Positions 60,080 through 64,000 of a DNA stretch of 64,000 nucleotides are shown here, piece by piece. The position numbers and the translations under genes are program-made. The notes beneath the pieces were generated by a model. It saw only the letters and a program-made list of their open reading frames with translations, did not search any database and was not told the DNA's origin. The stretch comes from Bacteroidota bacterium (GTDB lineage: Bacteria > Bacteroidota > Bacteroidia > Bacteroidales > FEN-979). The stretch is taken from assembly GCA_016868575.1 (NCBI GenBank), contig VGGL01000003.1, positions 10,162 to 74,161 on the forward strand. Reading direction: 5' to 3'. The first letter of the stretch is position 1. Each line of letters opens with the position of its first letter.

Positions 60080-60081
60080 TT

Positions 60082-60690
60082 ATGTCATTCCACGATGTCC
60101 TCTCATCTTATGATATCATTCTTGCTTCCCAAAGTCCGAGAAGAAGGATGCTTTTAGAAGGGCTTGGGCTTCAGTTCCGTATCCTTCCGGCTGATGTGGA
60201 TGAAACCGTCATTCCTGGGGTTCCTCAGGAGCAGATGGCCTGCCGTTTGGCCGAAATGAAGGCAACATCTGTTTACTACCTGGAAAACAGTAAGGAATCT
60301 CTGATCATTGCAGCCGATACCCTTGTCTGTGTGGATGAAGAAATACTCGGAAAACCAGTTGATGCTGATGATGCCGTTCGCATCCTCAAAAAAATCTCAG
60401 GCCGCATGCACAAAGTGATCACCGGGGTTTGTTTAAGGTTGAATGACAGGCAGGAGGTTTTCAATGAAGTGACGGAAGTTTGGTTCAAGAAGTTGACAGA
60501 TGAAGAGATAAGTTATTACCTGGATCACTACCGTCCGTTTGATAAGGCCGGCGCTTATGGTATCCAGGAGTGGATCGGATATATCGGCATCGAAAAGATA
60601 TCGGGTTGCTTTTATAATGTGATGGGTTTGCCGGTAAAAAAAGTCTATGAAGCGATGATCCGGCTCACCGGACTCTCAGGTGAGCCATAA
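60082..60690 (+). CDS. maf: Maf-like nucleoside triphosphate pyrophosphatase
   Basis: IILASQSPRRRMLL, GKP and AGAYGIQ motifs. ATG at 60082; the ORF-track extension back to 59821 overlaps the UbiA gene and has no support. Confidence 0.9.
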   Translation: MSFHDVLSSYDIILASQSPRRRMLLEGLGLQFRILPADVDETVIPGVPQEQMACRLAEMKATSVYYLENSKESLIIAADTLVCVDEEILGKPVDADDAVRILKKISGRMHKVITGVCLRLNDRQEVFNEVTEVWFKKLTDEEISYYLDHYRPFDKAGAYGIQEWIGYIGIEKISGCFYNVMGLPVKKVYEAMIRLTGLSGEP

Positions 60691-60731
60691 AAATGATTCC
60701 TGGCGCTGAAAGAGCATGGTTGAATAATTCA

Positions 60732-60739
60732 TACTTTTG
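60732..60739 (+). promoter_or_regulatory. -7 box TACTTTTG upstream of surE
   Basis: Exact TAnnTTTG match 33 nt upstream of the ATG at 60772. Confidence 0.45.
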
Positions 60740-60771
60740 CAAAGCAATCCTTAATTTCATTTATACACCAG

Positions 60772-61551
60772 ATGGGGAAGAAGCCGGTAATAATGGTTAC
60801 GAATGATGATGGCATCTCTGCCCCTGGTCTCCGTACCCTGATCGACATCGTCAAACCGCTGGGACGGGTCTTGGTGATCGCTCCTGACAAACCTCAATCC
60901 GGAACAGCACATTCCATCACCATCAATGTTCCGCTGCGGATCCATACGATCCGAAAAGAAGCGGATTATGAAGAATACAGTTGTAATGGAACACCCGTTG
61001 ACTGTGTCAAGCTTGGGCACAAGATCCTTCTCAAAGGAAAACCAGACTTGCTTGTATCAGGAATCAACCATGGATCCAATGCGTCCATCAGCATCATCTA
61101 TTCCGGTACCATGGCGGCTGTGATCGAATCAGCGGTCGATGGTATCCCTTCAGTCGGTTTCTCGTTGTCCGATTACAGCTCCAAGGCCGATTTCTCGGCT
61201 TGCCGTTCTTTTCTCCCAAAGATCATTAATGGTGTCCTTAATCAAGGACTTCCTGATGGTGTTTGCCTGAATGTCAATATCCCTGCGGTGAAGGAAAAGG
61301 ATATCCGGGGCATCAAAATATGCCGTCAGGCCAGGGCCAGCTGGGTGGAGGATTTCGATGAACGAAAAGATCCCAATGGCCACGATTACTACTGGTTGAA
61401 GGGGATCTTTGTAAAGATTGATAATGGAGAGGATACCGATGAATGGGCGATAGAGAACAACTATATTTCCATCTTACCTGTACAGTTTGATTTCACAGCA
61501 TATCAATGGATTGATCATTTTAAAAAATGGACATTCAATGAAAATACTTAA
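60772..61551 (+). CDS. surE: 5'/3'-nucleotidase SurE
   Basis: VTNDDGISAPG, SGINHGSN and YSGTMAA motifs. Confidence 0.93.
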   Translation: MGKKPVIMVTNDDGISAPGLRTLIDIVKPLGRVLVIAPDKPQSGTAHSITINVPLRIHTIRKEADYEEYSCNGTPVDCVKLGHKILLKGKPDLLVSGINHGSNASISIIYSGTMAAVIESAVDGIPSVGFSLSDYSSKADFSACRSFLPKIINGVLNQGLPDGVCLNVNIPAVKEKDIRGIKICRQARASWVEDFDERKDPNGHDYYWLKGIFVKIDNGEDTDEWAIENNYISILPVQFDFTAYQWIDHFKKWTFNENT

Positions 61552-61825
61552 CCGTGACTCCTTTTTATTCGGGATCCTGATAGCGTTGATACTTCCGGCG
61601 CTCTCTTTTGGGGTCCTTTTCGGGCTCAACAGCCTTATCAGACAACTATTTAACTTCGAGACCTTCTTGACGGTGTTCAGGCTCCTGCTCCTTTCTTTGG
61701 TACTCAATCTGCTCCTTCTGCGATATTATTTGGTTGCGCGGAAATTCGAAAAAAGCGGGAAAGGGGTGCTGCTGATTACCTTTGCCCTGACACTCATTTT
61801 CTTTATCTACCACTTTCTAAAATGA
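61538..61825 (+). CDS. small hypothetical membrane protein (95 aa, 3 TM helices)
   Basis: ATG at 61538 overlaps the surE end, and the stop overlaps the lpxB ATG (ATGA). The protein is strongly hydrophobic. Confidence 0.55.
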   Translation: MKILNRDSFLFGILIALILPALSFGVLFGLNSLIRQLFNFETFLTVFRLLLLSLVLNLLLLRYYLVARKFEKSGKGVLLITFALTLIFFIYHFLK

Positions 61826-62949
61826 GGTTCTACATCATCGCCGGTGAAGCATCCGGCGACCTGCATGCCGGCAACCTGATGAAGGAGCTCAAAATCCTGC
61901 ATCCGCAGGCAGTTTTCAGAGGACAAGGTGGGGACAGGATGATCCAACAGGGTCTTGATCTTACCAGACATTACAAGGATACTGCATTGATGGGATTTAC
62001 CGAAGTACTCGGTAATCTTAAATCAGTATTGAAGAATATTGCCTCATGTAAAAGAGATATTTCCGCCTTTCAGCCGGATGCTGTCATTCTCGTGGATTAT
62101 CCGGGTTTTAACCTCAGGATGGCCGAATATGCGAAGAAAAGAGGGTTCAGGGTATATTATTACATTTCCCCGCAAGTCTGGGCATGGCATCGATCGCGTG
62201 TTAATCTGATTAAAAAGTATGTGGATAAGATGATTGTCATCCTTCCTTTCGAGAAAGAGTTCTTTTCCCGACATAATGTACCGGTTGAATATGTTGGGCA
62301 TCCCCTGTTGGATGTATTTCGGAAAGAAGTGAATGAGGAAGAGGTGAAGACATTTTGTGAACGAAACAACCTCGCTTCGAAACCGATCATTGCCATCCTC
62401 CCCGGAAGCCGGAAGCAGGAGGTGGAGAAAATGCTTGGTATCATGTTGGGCATGATCTCAGAATTCCTGAACTACCAGTTTGTTATCGCAGGTACCCGGT
62501 CTGTTCCGGAGGAGCTGTATCAAAAATTCCTGAAGGACCATCCAGCCCACCTGGTCTATGACCAAACCTACCTTCTCTTAAAAAATGCCAAGGCTGCCCT
62601 TGTAAAAAGCGGCACCGCCACACTCGAAACAGCCTTGCTGAATGTTCCTCAGATAGTCTGCTACAAAGGAGGCTATGTCTCGTATCAGATTGCTAAAAGG
62701 CTGGTGGATGTGAAATATATCTCCCTCGTTAACCTGATCATGGGAAAAGAGGTTGTAAGGGAACTGGTTCAGGAGCAATTGAATTACTGGAACATTAAAA
62801 GCAGCCTGAACCAGGTTCTCAATGATCCTTCAACGATCCGCAGGATGTTGAATGATTATGAGCAGTTGAGAATCGTCCTGGGAGAATCCGGTGCATCAGC
62901 GAAAGCAGCCTCCATCATATTATCCGATCTTCATTATACAAGAAATTGA
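61822..62949 (+). CDS. lpxB: lipid-A-disaccharide synthase
   Basis: IIAGEASGDLH N-terminus, YYISPQVWAW, and GTATLE motifs. Confidence 0.93.
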   Translation: MRFYIIAGEASGDLHAGNLMKELKILHPQAVFRGQGGDRMIQQGLDLTRHYKDTALMGFTEVLGNLKSVLKNIASCKRDISAFQPDAVILVDYPGFNLRMAEYAKKRGFRVYYYISPQVWAWHRSRVNLIKKYVDKMIVILPFEKEFFSRHNVPVEYVGHPLLDVFRKEVNEEEVKTFCERNNLASKPIIAILPGSRKQEVEKMLGIMLGMISEFLNYQFVIAGTRSVPEELYQKFLKDHPAHLVYDQTYLLLKNAKAALVKSGTATLETALLNVPQIVCYKGGYVSYQIAKRLVDVKYISLVNLIMGKEVVRELVQEQLNYWNIKSSLNQVLNDPSTIRRMLNDYEQLRIVLGESGASAKAASIILSDLHYTRN

Positions 62950-62975
62950 TGATTTATCCGTTCCTATCTCAGAAA

Positions 62976-64000
62976 ATGATCAGTATGAAAAAAAGTACCT
63001 TTTTAATCCCTTTGGTGATACTCATCTTCCTGATCTCAGGATGTGACAGCAACCACTCCACTCCACAGCAAGAGACGACAGACTCAACCGGACAAGCGCT
63101 GCAGGAAACGCAGGATTCATTGAGCAACACCAACTATGGACAGGACACTACCCCAGAGCAGGTATCCGCTGCACTTCCCGGCGAGGATGAGAAGCATAAA
63201 AAGGGTGGGGTTACAATTAATCTCAGGGAGCCTACCCCGGAAGAGAAAGCTCAAAAAGAGGCTGCGCTTAAAAATGCCTCGAAAGATGACTTGCGGTTCA
63301 AGATATTATATTCAGGTACCGGGCCGAAAGGTCCTGATGATCCGGCAGCCGAAGCCTTATTTTCTTCCGGAGCGAAAAAAGCCAAAGCTGGCGATTACCC
63401 CGGCGCTATAGAGGACTTTTCCAAGTCTTTACAGCTGGTCAAAAATGCAAATACCTACCTCAAAAGAGGATATGCCAATTATCTTCTGAAAAATTACCGT
63501 GAGGCCATCAAGGACTACACCAGCGCCATCCGCCTCGTAGACTCATATGAAATGGCTTTTTACCTGCGTGCCATGGCAAAATATGATCTGAACGATTACT
63601 GGGGAATGATCCCTGACCTTGACACGGTGCTGGAACTCAAACATCGCAATCCGGAAGCCTTTAATTACCGTGCCGCTGCCAAATACCTGCTCCGTGATAT
63701 GAAAGGCGCCCTGGAAGATTATTCGCAGGTCATCGTATTTAACCCTGACTATAAGGACGTGTATAATAACCGCGGGATTGTTAAGTTTCAACTTGACGAC
63801 CTTGCAGGAGCCATCGCAGATTATACCGAACAGATCAAACGGACACCCAATCATGCTGCGGCTTACAACAATCGTGGCGCTGCCCGGCTCAGACAAAAAG
63901 AATATAAAGCAGCTATCGAGGATTTCAACCAGGCTGTTGCCCTCAAGGATGGATATGGTGAAGCTTATGACAACCGCGGCCTGGCGCGCTATTCCCTGCA
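62976..64000 (+). CDS. TPR-repeat lipoprotein, 3'-truncated by the window end
   Basis: Not in the ORF track because it has no stop. I translated it by hand as MISMKKSTFLIPLVILIFLISGC… (lipobox). Repeated TPR units follow from ~63360 (…AIEDFSKSL…, YNNRG…, AYDNRGLARY…). The frame is open to position 64000. Confidence 0.8.
   Translation, partial: MISMKKSTFLIPLVILIFLISGCDSNHSTPQQETTDSTGQALQETQDSLSNTNYGQDTTPEQVSAALPGEDEKHKKGGVTINLREPTPEEKAQKEAALKNASKDDLRFKILYSGTGPKGPDDPAAEALFSSGAKKAKAGDYPGAIEDFSKSLQLVKNANTYLKRGYANYLLKNYREAIKDYTSAIRLVDSYEMAFYLRAMAKYDLNDYWGMIPDLDTVLELKHRNPEAFNYRAAAKYLLRDMKGALEDYSQVIVFNPDYKDVYNNRGIVKFQLDDLAGAIADYTEQIKRTPNHAAAYNNRGAARLRQKEYKAAIEDFNQAVALKDGYGEAYDNRGLARYSL

Noticed and set aside
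59821-60081. Long N-terminal extensions in the ORF track (maf from 59821; argF from 12284; HU from 2007; acetyl-CoA synthetase from 29884; DUF4293 to 19181; thioredoxin-fold protein to 57795)
   Set aside because: The extensions overlap upstream genes or have non-protein-like composition. Family-typical N-termini begin at internal ATGs, which I used instead.

Overview
This window looks like core chromosome from a Bacteroidota (Bacteroidia-like) genome. Three things support that: gene order, many TAnnTTTG(-7) promoter boxes, and genes packed so tightly that stops and starts often overlap. I can support about 61 protein genes, 6 tRNAs, 2 decayed gene remnants and several short tandem-repeat or hairpin elements. 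There is no rRNA, no CRISPR array, no transposase, no phage genes and no recognisable defence island.

The landmark is the conserved block at 41.4-56.5 kb: rpsU-xerC-hpf, then tRNA-Thr(UGU)-Tyr-Gly-Thr(GGU)-tuf, then tRNA-Trp-secE-nusG-rplK-rplA-rplJ-rplL-rpoB-rpoC-DUF3467.

The other genes are housekeeping:
- Translation, folate and DNA-repair genes: fmt, HU, an MPG-family glycosylase, recQ, pabA/B/C and rho.
- Metabolic genes: citrate lyase (citD-citE fusion plus citF), ornithine carbamoyltransferase, cysH, an aminotransferase, ADP-forming acetyl-CoA synthetase, nnr and dapF.
- Cell envelope, cell division and related genes: ftsE, rlmB, rmuC, mpl, a LolC/E-type permease, namZ, mltG, DPP-IV, kdsC, maf, surE and lpxB.

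I did not find a convincing new multi-gene system, and I prefer to say so rather than invent one. Four kinds of observation are still worth a second look:
1. A family of C-tract/G-tract palindromic hairpins sits next to tRNA genes, and 7-, 8- and 21-bp tandem repeats occupy gene junctions. One repeat lies inside the pabC coding sequence.
2. There are two eroded gene remnants: a flavin reductase with an internal out-of-frame deletion, and the tail of a DUF1295-type gene.
3. There are two domain fusions, CitD-CitE and Dak2-DegV, plus a large disordered insertion in Rho.
4. There are small ORFs below the ORF-track cutoff. One of them has its own promoter box and terminator.
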